Source: Eledone cirrhosa (Eukaryota). Taken from it: a DNA stretch of 64,000 bases. Under the pieces are notes generated by a model, which saw nothing but the letters and a program-made list of their open reading frames with translations, was not told the origin of the DNA and searched no databases. Below are positions 14,542 to 27,948 of this stretch, in pieces; the first letter of the stretch is position 1; each line of letters begins with the position of its first letter. The stretch is from NCBI GenBank assembly GCA_964016885.1, contig OZ024742.1, positions 297,910,001 to 297,974,000 on the forward strand, written 5' to 3'. The position numbers and the translations under genes were made by a program.

Positions 14542-16383
14542 GATGAATAATGATAAAGTTAGTTATATTACTAAATCACACCAATATCTTTCATTAGAAA
14601 TATGGCAATGAAAAGTTAATAAACACACCAATAAGGACACTAATAATTCATTATTTTACTTGTTGAATATAGAGACAATAAGTCAAGTCAGAAAATGTAA
14701 ACACAAGAGCAGTTGCTTTGTAAAAACTGAAGTAACCTGGTTGCTAATACTATATACATGGTAATAAGTGTTTTGGGTTGCCCCTAATATTTTTGCAAGG
14801 TAACATCAGTATTCCCTGATGTTGTGTGTGAGAAAATGTGTGTTTTATTTTTCTTTCTGACTCATTTTTATTATCCATTTGCTTTGTTTTATTTATGGTT
14901 TACTGTTTTAGTCAGGGAAGGAAGGATATTGTTTACAACCATCTTCAGAACCTCCAGCTCTGATGAGGAAGAATGATTAAGATATCCCCAAACCTGAGAC
15001 CTGACTTGAAGGATTGCAACGGAGTGGACTCTGCTTAAGACAACTAAGAGCCAGGTAGTGTTGTTAAAACAGGTGATGGATTAAGTCTACTACTCAAGTA
15101 TTTGAACCTGGAACAAAAAGACAAATTATATGCTACACATATCCAATGTTTTAACAATTCCACTAATCCAACACTTTGGACAGGTTCTATGTTTTTTGTT
15201 TTTTGTCCTTCAAATGATGAAAGTGAAAATTAACCTCAACAAGGGTGGTACTCAAAGAGCTGCAACAAATATCACAAAGAAATTTCTTCAACACTATGTG
15301 TATCTACATCTGGCTTAGAATAAGTACACAATATCTCTGCATGTCATTAGAGCCAACTAAAAATGTTGGCACCTAGAACGGTATTTAGACATAAAACATT
15401 ACCATAAAAGTATAAAGTGTGTCAAGTTCTCAGCAAGGTTAACCCATGTTTTAGCACAGAAAATGACCTTAAAACATTTATTGTTGTTGTCTGAATATGC
15501 TGGAAATTAAATTTTTCAATGTTATATATTGTGGCCCAGTTTTCTGTTGAATAAAACAAAAATACTTCTGTAGATAACAACAATTCAAAACAAAAACAGT
15601 CACAAAGCTAGACTAATCTCAATTTGGTGGTTATTGTATAGGTTAATGCAGACATAACCCAATTAGATAAATATTTTCTAATTCATTATTTTTGCAAATA
15701 ATTCTAAGATAGAATGAGGAGGAAATTACAGGAAGATGAAAAAACAATAAAATTTATTCAAAATTTTATACTTTACTTCTTCAAATGAACAGGGAAAATG
15801 TGTGTTTACATTTTTTAAACACTATTGTGAAAATAAACAAAGCAAATGTGAAAATTAATAAAAAGTCTTTTTTAAAAAAATGAAGAACCCATTGGGCTTT
15901 CAGTTATATTCATTTTTATGTTTTAAATGCAACACTGTTTTTTAAAAAAATGTAGAAAATAATGATTTTATAATAAATATAAAAATCTTTAATGACTTTC
16001 TCTTATCTGTTTTAATTTTTAACTCATCAGTTTCTGCTTCTGCTTTTCCACTCCCACCTCACTCTTTCTGCTAATCCTACTCTCTCCGTCTCCCCCCTTA
16101 TTCTGTTTATCTACTCTTACCCCTCCCCTCTATCTTCCTTTCTCTCTCCCTATCTATCTTTCTATCTATAAGCTCTTATGACCATATGCTTCTATATTCT
16201 CTCTCTCTATATATATATATCCTCTGGCCATATGCTCCCATCTAGTCCTCTGCTTAACTCCTCCCCTACACACCCACCATTCTTACTCTCTTCAACTTTA
16301 TTTACAACATTCCAGCAGACTTCTTATTTCTTCAACAAATGGCCTTGCCAGATATGTTAGAATTCTCTTCACTGTGTACACAG

Positions 16384-16428
<45 letters not shown>

Positions 16429-16937
16429 ATTCCATATTCTCAACACTATTGAACTGATTTTAGCTTCCATCCACAAACTCACGTTTTCTCAGACTCTAGT
16501 GTTTTACTTTCTAGCAAATTTCATCATCATCACCACTCTTACCAACCCCACCAGCATCACCACCCTTACCAACATCATAACCACTACCATCACCACCACA
16601 TTACTGCAACCACTGCCACCAACATCAACACCACTGCCCCTACCTCATCCACCACCATCACTATTATCATCATCATTTTTACATCCGTCTTTTTCCATGC
16701 TTGCAATGAATTGGATGAGATCTCTGTTCTGGCAAGTTTTTCTACAGCTGGATGCTCTTACCGATGCCAATGCTTGTGCATTCTTCTATTCTAAGTATTG
16801 TATATGCAGCTAAAGTTTATTGCACTGTAACACTACCAGATGAATTTTTTAAGGGTGACATAAACAACTGTCACCACAGGATTATAACAGTCTCAGTATG
16901 ATGTCTACAACAACAAACAAACACAAACACACATATA

Positions 16938-16987
<50 letters not shown>

Positions 16988-16990
<3 letters not shown>

Positions 16991-17129
16991 CATGTTTAAT
17001 ATAGAAATGGCTTCTACTGGTCTAGAACTGTTTCATTAAAAAAAAATCACCAGGAAAGCTTTCCTCATGATTTCTTTTGAACAAAAATGTTCTAGTCCTG
17101 TAGAAGCCATTTCTATATTAAACATGATA
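16988..17129. repeat. Foldback inverted repeat adjacent to (TA)n
   Basis: The outer 30 bp are perfect (TATCATGTTTAATATAGAAATGGCTTCTAC and its reverse complement). The inner arms are degenerate, with centre AGGAAAGCTTTCCT. Confidence 0.9.
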
Positions 17130-17196
17130 CTTACACTCTACTAATGTATTGAGTACCTTACTAACTGTAGTTAATCCCAATTGAAACCCAGACTCA

Positions 17197-18122
17197 TCTG
17201 TATAAATATAACATTAAGTATGTGTGTGTCTGTGTATTACCTATAGGGGCCTACATCTTACAACCGATTTTCATGAAACTTTACAGGCTCATAGATTAGT
17301 CATCGGGGAATGTTTTCTACATATCAGCGTATCGTTTCTTTTATTCCGGCCTCATTCTGCAGATAAAACTCAATAGGGGTGTCACCTTTTTTTAGGTATC
17401 GAAAAATAAGAATTTTGGCTCTAGCTCCCACATTTTGCCACCGATTTCGTTCAAATTTTAAAGCAAAAATAGAATTTATCATTGCACATCCTGTAATGGT
17501 TTTATATTTTGCATCTGTTGTTCAGGGACGGCGTCGCAGCAGCTTAAATATTCAAAATTACCACTTTTAGACTCAAATTTCCACTTTTTCGGCTCTACCT
17601 CCCACATTAATCAACCTACTTTGTTCAAATTTTACACTACACTAGATCTGATTGTTTCACGTCTTAGGGTGGCTTTACATTTTGGATTTTTTGTTCAAGA
17701 AAGGCGTGGCAGCTGCTTAAATATTCGAAAATACCACCTTTTCGCTCAAATTTCTGCCTTTTAGGCTCTAGCTCCCATATTTTTAAACCGATTTCATTCA
17801 AATTCGAAACTTCGGCTCCACCTCACACATAAATCAATTTTTTTGATTCAACTTTTATACTAAGATAGAACCTATCATTGCACATCTTATAGTAGCTTTA
17901 CACTTTGCATTTTTTGTTCAGGGACGGCGTGGCAGCCGTTTAACTCTTCAAAATACGATTTTTTCCACCTCCCACATATTCCATACGATTTCACTTAACA
18001 TTTCACTATTTGCTACACCTTACGACCGATTTTCAAGAAACTCGCAGTCGCTAAGATCAACACCTTTTCATCAAAGCAGATATTATTTTACCTGCCCAGG
18101 CAAAGCTGGGTACTGCTGCTAG
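17197..18122 (+). mobile_element. Non-autonomous Helitron with internal ~174-bp tandem repeats
   Basis: 5' end TCTGTATAAATATA and 3' hairpin CCCAGGCAAAGCTGGG followed by CTAG, inserted between A and T with no TSD. Internal units starting GGCTCTA(G/C)CTCCCA occur at about 17417, 17591, 17764 and 17814. Confidence 0.8.
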
Positions 18123-18161
<39 letters not shown>

Positions 18162-18877
18162 TTGTGACTAAAGGGGCTTTACCTTATATATAACCCATGC
18201 TAGCAAGGAAAAATGGATACTGAACGGAAATGATGATGATGATATATATATTTATGTGATTGTGTATATAATAAATACTATCGTATAAACATAACATCTG
18301 TCTTCACCTTATTTCATACATGGAAACTCCGTCGCATTTAATCTCCATCAATCTCAATGCTGGATAGATGCGACTGACAAAATATTTTTAATTGTTTGAA
18401 CCAAATTATTTTGGTGATGTTACAACATAACTGTCAGAGATAAGCACCCATATATATATAGGTGTCACAACAAAAAGCTCCCAGTCCACACTGTAGAATG
18501 GTCATGTGGGTGTCACAACAAAAAACATCCAGCATGACACTGTAAAGTGGTCATATAGGTGTCACAACAAAAAGCACCCAGCTGCACTATAAATGGGATT
18601 GGCATTAAGAAGAGCATTAAGAAACAGTTCTGCATGAGCAAGACATGGTCATCTGACCTGACTTGGCTCTGACGGGACAACCCACCTAATACATGCTAGC
18701 ATGAACCTGCCCGTCCCCTCAATCTATCTTATTTCTCATTCTTTCTTCTGATAAAGGACTAGTGTCCAAAACGTTAAAGCCCTCTTCCTGCTATATCAAG
18801 CGTTAACCTAATATATCCCTTCCATATACTGTACTGATTGTGTTGTTATTTCTGTTTACCTTTTACATACATATATA

Positions 18878-19145
18878 TCATCATTTTACGTCCACTTTTC
18901 CCTGCTTGTAAGGGTGGGATGGGAACTGATTCTGGCTTGATTTCTACAACTGGATGCCCTTCCTAACACCAACCTCATTTACAGTGAGTGATGGGTGCTT
19001 TTTTGTCGTGGCACCTCCACGACCACTTTGCAGTGGAATGATAGGGACTGGGGTCCCTATCATCTCATTTCTACAGCTGAGTAAACTGGAGCAATGTGAA
19101 ATAAAATGTCTTGCTCAAGGAAACAACACATCACATGGTCTGAGA
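18878..19145 (-). mobile_element. SINE family 1, 5'-truncated
   Basis: Near-identical to 4508-4775. Confidence 0.85.
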
Positions 19146-19174
19146 CATCACACGGTCTGATATATATATATATG

Positions 19175-19307
19175 AATCATTCTGTCATTACCATAACAGA
19201 AGTCCGATGAACTTTTGATTCCAGTGTCAGGTCCAATTGATGCAGATCGAACCTTGATGTGATTAATTGCAAAACAAAAAATGTAATGAAGATTTAACAC
19301 CATGTCC

Positions 19308-19357
<50 letters not shown>

Positions 19358-19690
19358 GAAGGGCGGTGGATTGGCAGTATCAGTAGAGGATCGGACGCCA
19401 TGCTTTGCAGCATAGAGTTACGGCTCTTTATGATCTGAGCTCAAATCCCGCCATGGATAACTTTGCCTTTCATCCTTATGGGGGTCGATAAATAAAGTAC
19501 CAGTCACGCACTGGGGTCGATTTAATCGACTTTCCCCTTCCCCCAACTTACTGGCCTTGTGCCTATATAAGAAACCATTATTATTATTATTATTACTCTC
19601 TGCTTAGCACAACACCAAAATACCTACTGGAAACTACGCATCGAGTGCTCACTCTAGTGAACCTAGAGTCACTTGACGTTACAGTCCCTA
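19175..19690 (+). mobile_element. Solo PLE pLTR-like copy interrupted by a SINE
   Basis: 19175-19310 aligns with 43621-43765 (GTCAGGT..CAGATCGAACCTTGA..GTAATGAAG). 19610-19689 aligns with the PLE leader 38997-39068 (CATCGAGTGCTCAC, GTGAACCTA, GTTACA.TCCCT). Flanked by TA runs. Confidence 0.7.
19361..19577 (+). mobile_element. SINE family 2, long-tail variant, within (ATT)n
   Basis: Full head and Meta-like domain, plus the extra segment GGGGTCGATTTAATCGAC. Confidence 0.85.
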
Positions 19691-20959
19691 AATATATATA
19701 CATGCACACACACATATATACAGCCCCACGACAAGCTTCCTTCAGTTTCTGTCTAATAAATTCATACTCATAGCATACTCATAGATGACACTTGTCCAAG
19801 GGGACATGCTCTGTAGGACTGAACCTGAAATAAAACCACATGGTTCTGAAGTGAATTTCTTAACAACATAACACCCATGCTCACAACTTGCCAGAAACGT
19901 TACCATTGTCTCTACAGTACACACACAAACACCAACGCACGTGCCCCCCCCCCCCATACCCCACCCGCACACATATATGCAGTACATTTTCTGAATTTTA
20001 TTGAACAGATGTTTGCTGGCCTTGCACCTACCCACCCACACAATCTCAAGTTTCTTCAAACCCTAGTGTTTTAATTTATTGATGATAAATGCCTTAAGAT
20101 TATTCAGAACCACTACAGAAGAGGAATAAAGAAGCTATTCTTTTCTTTTACCTTAATCAGAGGAAACAGGTAAGTTATATTTAGGTCTTAATTACAACAT
20201 TACTTACTAAAGTGAACAGTTTTTCTTCTCTAGCCTAGAGGCTCCTTAGGCCAGAGCTTATCCTGGCTTCATGTAGCATTAAGTAACAGAGAACACAAGG
20301 TTCCCATCCCCCATCCATGACAGTCTGCCAATCTGTTGTAAAGTTACCCCCCCCCCCCTACTACTGCTGCCAATACACTTTTTTTTTTACTTTTTTTTTG
20401 CAGCTGAGTAGACTAGAGCAAAGATAAATAAAGTGCTTTACTCAAGGACCTAACATGCTGTCTGAGAATTGAAACCATAACCTGACAGATACTTTCAAAC
20501 TATGATAATATTTTTTTTTTAAATCCACTGCTGTATTAAGCTGAGGAAAAATATATTTTCTGTTTTCAAAAAACAAATTTTTAATGTCTAACCAACTTCT
20601 TTTTTAATTTCTAAAATGCTTCCAAATTCACGAAAATAAACAGGAATAGTCTACCTCATGGCTACAGTATAAAATATATACCAAATTTGTATTATTCTTA
20701 TGTAACACTTTTAAAAGACAAAACAACAAAAAATGGAGAGGGACAAACTTTAGACCCTTAGGTGGAGAGTATAACTCAGTTGCAGCTTGCAGATAAGTTT
20801 GTGGAATTGTTATCATGCCAAACAGGCCAGCAATATCAGTTGCATCAACACTTTCACCTTGTCGAGCTCCTTCTTCAGGCATGACAGCACCATCTTGTTT
20901 TCATATATATGGGACCAAGTTCACTAGAGTTATCGATGGTGACCAACACAAAAAAGAAT

Positions 20960-21300
20960 GGGTCTGTCAATGCTAGATTATCACTGGTAAAAGTGACACA
21001 TGTGGCATCCCAGATCAGTCACCTACACCCCCAAATGGGAAAAAGAATAATCCTTCTGGGCACCGATCATCTAATTGTTTTTGTTCTCATTTATAGTTTC
21101 AACCTGATCATTTGTAAACCATCTTACATGACTTTAAAATGTGATAAACATGAATGCAATACACAATGGTAATCCATACCTATATAAAGGGACAATAGAA
21201 AACCATTTTCTGTAGCTGATAGAAATAATTATTTCACGTTCCATTGTTAAGTAGGAAGTTGTTGGCAAATTAATGTTTCTGCAAGAGTTGATTCCATATT
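20960..21300 (-). mobile_element. Degraded CRE-like (restriction-like endonuclease) non-LTR fragment
   Basis: The minus strand reads RCPEGLFFFPF..LIWDATCV, resembling the RPDG..WDATC endonuclease motif, with WFSIVPLYRYGL upstream. Confidence 0.5.
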
Positions 21301-24052
21301 TTAAATTTGTTACCATTGACGTGATAACCAATTAACTGGTTGGAAAAAATAGTTAGAGGACAACAGAATCTATTGTAGTAATAATAAGAGTCTTCATTTT
21401 CTCTCAATAGAATATCATAGTAGTTGTCTATTAGGAGCTCAAATAGATAATTTGACATATAAGTGAATCCTCTATAATTTATATCTATTAACTGCATAGC
21501 ACCTTAGGCAAGTGTCTTTTGCCATATCCTTGGGTTGTCCTAAGTCTTGTCGGTGAAATTGAGTAAATGATTACTGTTTGGAAGTCTGTTAAATGGACGC
21601 TACTTATAATGCAATAGACCAGCCCTGTGTCACTATCATTATAATCAATATCTTTTGTTCCTTTTCCATGCTGGCATAGGCTGGACAGATCCTCACAGGC
21701 CGATACTAGATGAGTCAAAGAACCATATCTTGTTCATATATTCCATATTAGGACATAAGTTTTTTAGCTGGATGCCCTTCCTAAAATTTCTTACACATTA
21801 AATTAACAACTAGGCCAAATCATTGATTGAACAACTGGAATCATTAATTCTTGAGACTGACAGATGTCCATTTATTTTGTATCTGTATTGTCTGATTTCC
21901 ATTTCTCCCTTTTATTCACAATAAAGGGGAGAAAGAACTCTTTAGTCTGGATGAGCATATAACCTCTATAGTACTGGTGCTGTGATAAAATGTACCCAAA
22001 ACACTCTCTCATGTGGTAGTGCTGATGTCATTAATAATGCACCCAGTACATTCTGTAAAGTTGTTGGTGATAGAAAGCGATCCAGCTGTAGAAACTATGC
22101 CAAATATGGAATGAGTTGGCAAAACATCATACCCCAACCAGTCTAGTCTTGGATGGTGATGATCCATCCAAACCTTTCCAGCATAGAAAATGAACATACA
22201 ATGATTAGGGGGAAGAGGATGATGATTTCTTCAAAGTTTATATGTCTGCTTCTCTGAAGATTGAAGAGGGACCATATAAATATATTCCAAATAAAGTCAT
22301 TTCAAGACACAAATGGCACCATAAGTTACAAAAAAGATTAAATACAAGCCTTTTAGAAAAACTCGGGTCAATTTTTTCATTTTACTGTTTCATCAAGGAG
22401 TGGGGGGTAATGCTCATAACCATTTTCAGTGTCTCTAAGATTGTTGGGAGGAGGAAAGTATCCTCAGAAACAGAAATATGGCCCAAATGCTTGCAACAGT
22501 GTTACCTCCTCTAAAAAAACCAGCTGTTGGTATTAAATTGGGTGATAGATTAGGTATTCCTTATAAGAAGGCCATAACTGGATTTAGACTAAGAATGCAA
22601 AACATTAGAACAAATACAGCAAAGAATCATATACAATGCCATAAAAATTGTGCCAGTATGCCATGTTAGACTTGTAAGTAATGTATCTACTGAAAAAGAT
22701 GAAAATGAAGCATGACCTTAGTGGAATTTGAACTCAGAAAATAATAAACCAGAGTAAATAATATGCAATGATTAATCCAATACTAATGGACAACATTTAA
22801 CTGTATATTTATAACAAAGTGTTGTAGTTTGCTTCAAGTATTGTAGAATAAGAAATACAAATATAACTAGGAAGTAAGTTTAATTATTTGGAAGCTCAAC
22901 AATGCATGTGAGATTATGAGTGCCAAGGCAATAGGAATTAGAGAAAATAGGACAAAAGAACTGTGAAAAGGATGAGAATGGTAGAACTGTACTTTAGCAA
23001 TTTTAATTAAAATAATTAAACTCATTTCCTGTATATCTGTGTTTTATTTATAAGAGGAGGAAGTGGACAGCCTATAGCTATGACCATTGCAGATCATCTG
23101 AGTCTGATAAGATTGGTACAGGTGGCACTCAGTTGTAGGTTGAACTGAGTGAAACCAATAAATTAATAAAAGTATAGATACTGTGAATGGTAGTAAAGCA
23201 TCATATGTACATGATAAACCTCATAGTAGTGATGACATTTAGGATCAAGATGAGTGGTGGCTTCATATTTTAGTGACCTGATAAACCAATGACAGCATAG
23301 AACCTTGGAACCCTGAATTTCATTCCTCTGGATTTCTTTCTCTGTATATGCATTTTTGGAATGAGTTGATTTGCAATAATTTAACCATAAATTTCATTGC
23401 TCTTATAAGGCGTGCGTGCATAGGTTATGGGTGCAGCCTCTTTCTCTAACTTAGAAAATAAAAATACTTTTTTAAATATTCAAAATTTCTGTCTCTTTCC
23501 ATTTCTGAAAGCTCATAATCTGATGAAAGCACTCCCATACCAAGTTTGACACATGAAGAGTGAATGTTCCCAAGATTATTGATCAAACTCCAACAGCTTT
23601 AAGCTTTCCTTGGTTCTGTGATAACAGCTTGTTGGGGGGCGTTTAGAAGCTGATTGTGAATAAGTATTTTAAGAATTCTTGTATCTTCTATATGATTGAT
23701 GTGCCCCACCGAGTGCATTTTTGCCTGTAACAAGAATTATTCAATGCCCCTTAGCTTACACTTTTCAAGGATTTTGTTATTTGGTATTTGGACATCCCAT
23801 GAAATGTTACATATTGAATATAAACAACTCATGTAAATGTGTCTAGAAATTTGATTTGACTGACAGACAGTGTTCATGTTTCATATCCATATAATAATAT
23901 TGGGATAACTAAAGCACAATAAATACACACACACACAAGCACAAAAACACTGAAAAGTGTAACTGGTTAAGAATAGATACACAACATTCCTGTATGTCAT
24001 AAGAGGTGACTAAAAAGAAGAGCATCTACAAATGCTGACCTGTTATTTGTGA

Positions 24053-24163
24053 AATACTAGGGTTTACGTTTATACAAAACCTATGGAAAATTCCAGAATT
24101 TTTGCCCCAAAATAGGGGGTCAACTCTTACATGTGATCAACTATTACTCAAGTATATGCGGTA
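24053..24163. mobile_element. Tc1/pogo-type MITE end
   Basis: Ends GATCAACTATTACTCAAGTATATGCGGTA-TA, resembling the TACCGTATATACTCGAGTA-type TIR. Confidence 0.4.
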
Positions 24164-25358
24164 TATACATTACATGCCTACACATTATAAATGTGTATAT
24201 TTATATACACATTGGTGCAGTCTCAGTTACCTACTTTTGATATATATATATATATATGAGGCATATAAAAGATGACAGCTGCATAACAAAGTGCAGAGCA
24301 CTTGAAATCCAACAAAGGAACCCTTGGAAGAGGAAGACCTAGGAAATTGTGGGATGAGGTGGTGAAGACTAACCTCATGCAGCTGCTCCTCACAAAGTAG
24401 AGGACCCAGGATCAAGAAAATATGCAATATTCCATAATATATCAAAATCACCTTTCTACGTAAGTGCAATGTAGCAGAACATCAAGAATGGTTTACCACT
24501 TTACTCTCAACACCTTAAACCCAAAGAAGCAGAGAGGTGGTATAACACTCAGATCCCACCTCTTGCCTACTAATATACTCCTGAATTACCTGCCAGTATG
24601 CTTCTGATCCTCTTCTTCCCCTTAAACCTAAAGAAGCAGAGAGATGAAACAACTCTCAGGACCTCACCTGCTAGTATGGAAAGCTAGGACAAATCTTCAC
24701 TGATTCACTTTTCTTGCTGAACATTTGCACTTTCAACACTTTCCCAACCAAGGAAAGCCTGACACATCTCCAAAATGACTGACAAAAAAACCAGCCACCC
24801 TCTTGCTCAAAGCAATACATAAACATCCCTTTTAGGCCATCAAAGGAAGCTGGGTACAGCCCATATGTCAGATATAATCTACTTGATTTAATGACACCAC
24901 CATGACCCCCATCTTGAGCAGTGCAATAGCTGTACTCCAGCGTCAAGCCCCAACAATGTTTCACAGCCAGACTAAATACACTGAGCGCCAAAGTACTGCA
25001 ACGAATTAGTGCTAGTGCCCTGACAAAAGCACCTAATCCATCCTGTAAGGTTGTAGTGCTGGTACCATGATGAAAAGCACCCTGCTTACCCTGTAAAGTA
25101 GTGGTGCTGGAGTCACAATAAAATGGTTCCAGTACACACTGTAAAGTGACTGGTGTTACAAAAGAGCCTCTAGATGTAAAAACCTTGCTCTTAGTAGATG
25201 TTGTTTAGTGGTTGGCATTGAGAAGGGCATCAAACCATAGAAACCAAGCTAAAACAAAGTGTAAAAGCCAAGACCTAGTCACCTGACCAGTCTGGCTTCA
25301 GCACATGACAGCTTTTTAACATATGCAAGCATGAAAGATAGACATTAAACAGTAATAA

Positions 25359-25610
25359 TTGTTTCTACTTTTGGCACAAGGCCAGCAATTATTCCAGTAT
25401 ATTACTGGTACTTTATTTTATCGACCCCGTAAGGATGAAAGGCGAAGTTAACCTCGCCGGAATGATTTCTAGTATAGGCACAAGGCCATTAATTTGGAGG
25501 AAGAGGAAATTCGATTAAATCAACCCCAGTACATTACTGGTGCTTTATTTTATCAATCCTGTCAGGATGAAAGGCAAAGTTAACCTCAGCAGGATTTGAA
25601 CTCAGACTGT
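25359..25610 (-). mobile_element. Two truncated SINE family 2 copies
   Basis: AGGATGAAAGGC.AAGTTAACCTC occurs twice. Confidence 0.8.
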
Positions 25611-25634
25611 ATTAAACATTAATAATGATGATGG

Positions 25635-25671
<37 letters not shown>

Positions 25672-27429
25672 GATACACCATTTTGTTTATTTTATGAGAC
25701 GACTAAAGAGGCTGGCATCAGGAAGGGCATCCAGCTAAAAAAAACTGCCTCAAAACATTCTGTTTAACCCATACCAGAATGGATAACCCAACATAACAAT
25801 GATGATGTAATATGTGTGTGCGTGTGTTTATATATATATATATATATATATACAAATAGAGTTATATTTTACCTTTGCTGTACATATATATATATATATA
25901 TATATATTGGTTCTTAACAGCTTCAATCATCTCTTTATTATGATTAATCGTTTATCATTTTACTAATACCATGTAATGCTTATTACATTATTTATCTGGT
26001 GTATTAATAGCTCAAAGACAGTAGAGTGTCTGGAAAAAGGTCAACACATGACTAGCCTAGACTGAGATACTTGCCCTGACATGTTACAAATATTGTAGTA
26101 TATCTAAACAGTGAAATAATAAAACTTTTTCTTAGTGGAAAAAAAAGTGACAATGACTTCTTTACATTAACAACTGAATTCATTGTTTTATAAATAGCTA
26201 CAATACATATATTTAACTTCAAATCAGAAATAACATATAATTGTGAACAATATATCACTGACATATTTTTTCTTTTCATTTTACTTTCAAGGAAAGATTT
26301 GTAAGGTAAATAGAAAAAGCTAAAGGAACCAATCATTAGAACAGACTAAGGAAACAATGCTTCCATTGGTCTTTTTATTACTGATACTCTGCCAGTCACA
26401 ACTCCTAGCAAATGAAGGTAACATTTGAACTCATAGAGCCAGATCAGGTACAGCATATCATCTCATTTGACTCATTAACAATTCTGCCAAACCGACACTC
26501 CTTGACTGGTATTTAGGAGGAAAGGCAAAGCTGAATATGACAGGATTTGAACTCAGAATACAGTGAACTAGAAAATATAGCAAGGTATTTAACCCTTTAG
26601 TTAGTGCTTTGATCAATTGATGAGATCCCAGGCCTGATTTGCTTGACGAGTGGGTTGGACCTCGTCAAATTGAACCAAGGAAACAATCTTTCCATTGCTA
26701 ATACTATCTACCGGTCATAACTCCTGGCAAAGGGAGCAACATGAAATAAAGTGTCTTGCTCAAGGACACAACGCATCACCCAGTGCAAAAAGTGAAATCA
26801 CAACCTCATGATTGTGAATCCAGCTCACTAACCACTAAGCCATGTGCCTTCACTATAAACCTGGCCAAAACCAACTCTAGTTATATGAAACAAACCTACC
26901 CAATTTAAAGCATTCCTATTTAAATTAAAATCTTCTGGCAGAATTTTACATAACAATATGTTAAGTTACTATTTCATGATTTTAGTAAATCACTAACAAT
27001 GTTTCAACAATTAATTGAAATAGACTATATTTTATTAATAATACAGTCACACCTTAATAACTCTGCCAATTCACCAATAGAAACTACTTTATAATGGACA
27101 CGGAATGTACTTTCAATAGAAACAAAGTGTCTGTTAGATAGAAATATTGAATGATTTATACATTACATTATTATAAGATATTTGCACCACGATAAAATGC
27201 ACCTAATACACTTTGTAAAATGGTTGGTGATAAGAAGGGCATCAATTTGTAGAAACCATGCCCACTAGTGAGAGATTAGTAACTCTGATGAAGTACTGAC
27301 TTAATGCAATGATCCATCCAATATATTCCAGTTAAATGATGATGGTGGTGTTATTTAGAAACAACTGACTAGTTATGTTATCTATGTGACCAAATTAAAT
27401 TTGAAGAAAGGTACTTTGAACCCATAATA

Positions 27430-27948
27430 GCCAGTGTATGAACAAGGTGGAAAAGGTTCAGAGAGCTATTAACTTTGCTGGCAACTAAGATATTCTATCT
27501 CTCTTTGAAGCATAGATTATATTGATGCTCCCATGTGAAGTGTGACATTGTAAGGTAATAAGACACAAATGCAAAAGATTGTAAAGTTTAGAAAAAAGTG
27601 AGACTAGCCTGCACTGCTAGATGTGTAACGTTAGTGTGCAAAAACAACAAAGCACAAATGAGTTGGGAGAAAAATTGGACAAAAGTTGAATCAGATGAGG
27701 TGTGCAAGAAAGAAGATTGTGCTGGTACAGACATATGATGGGTATGGAGGATGATCGTTGGGGGACAAAGAAGTGCCAGCAGTTCCAATTGGAAGGAAGC
27801 TGAAAAATAGGAAGAGCAAGGAAAACATGGGCATAAGTAATGAGAGCCAATCTCAGAATGCAAAATGTGGTGGGCAAGCTGTGCTGAAAAGAATATGTCT
27901 AACATATTCAAGCATTGAAAAGTGGTAATAAAAAATGATAATGATGAT
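27430..27948 (+). mobile_element. Degraded RTE 3' fragment
   Basis: Residual WKRFRELL.LLATK, RRLCWYRHM and GRARKTW motifs, with a GAT tail. Confidence 0.7.

Noticed and set aside
17417-17990. Regularly spaced repeats resembling a CRISPR array
   Set aside because: The whole units are homologous with no unique spacers, the context is eukaryotic, and they lie inside a Helitron.
23310-23345. LNFIPLDFFL, similar to the Tc1/mariner SPDLNPLDFFLW motif
   Set aside because: Too short, with no supporting flanking transposase sequence.
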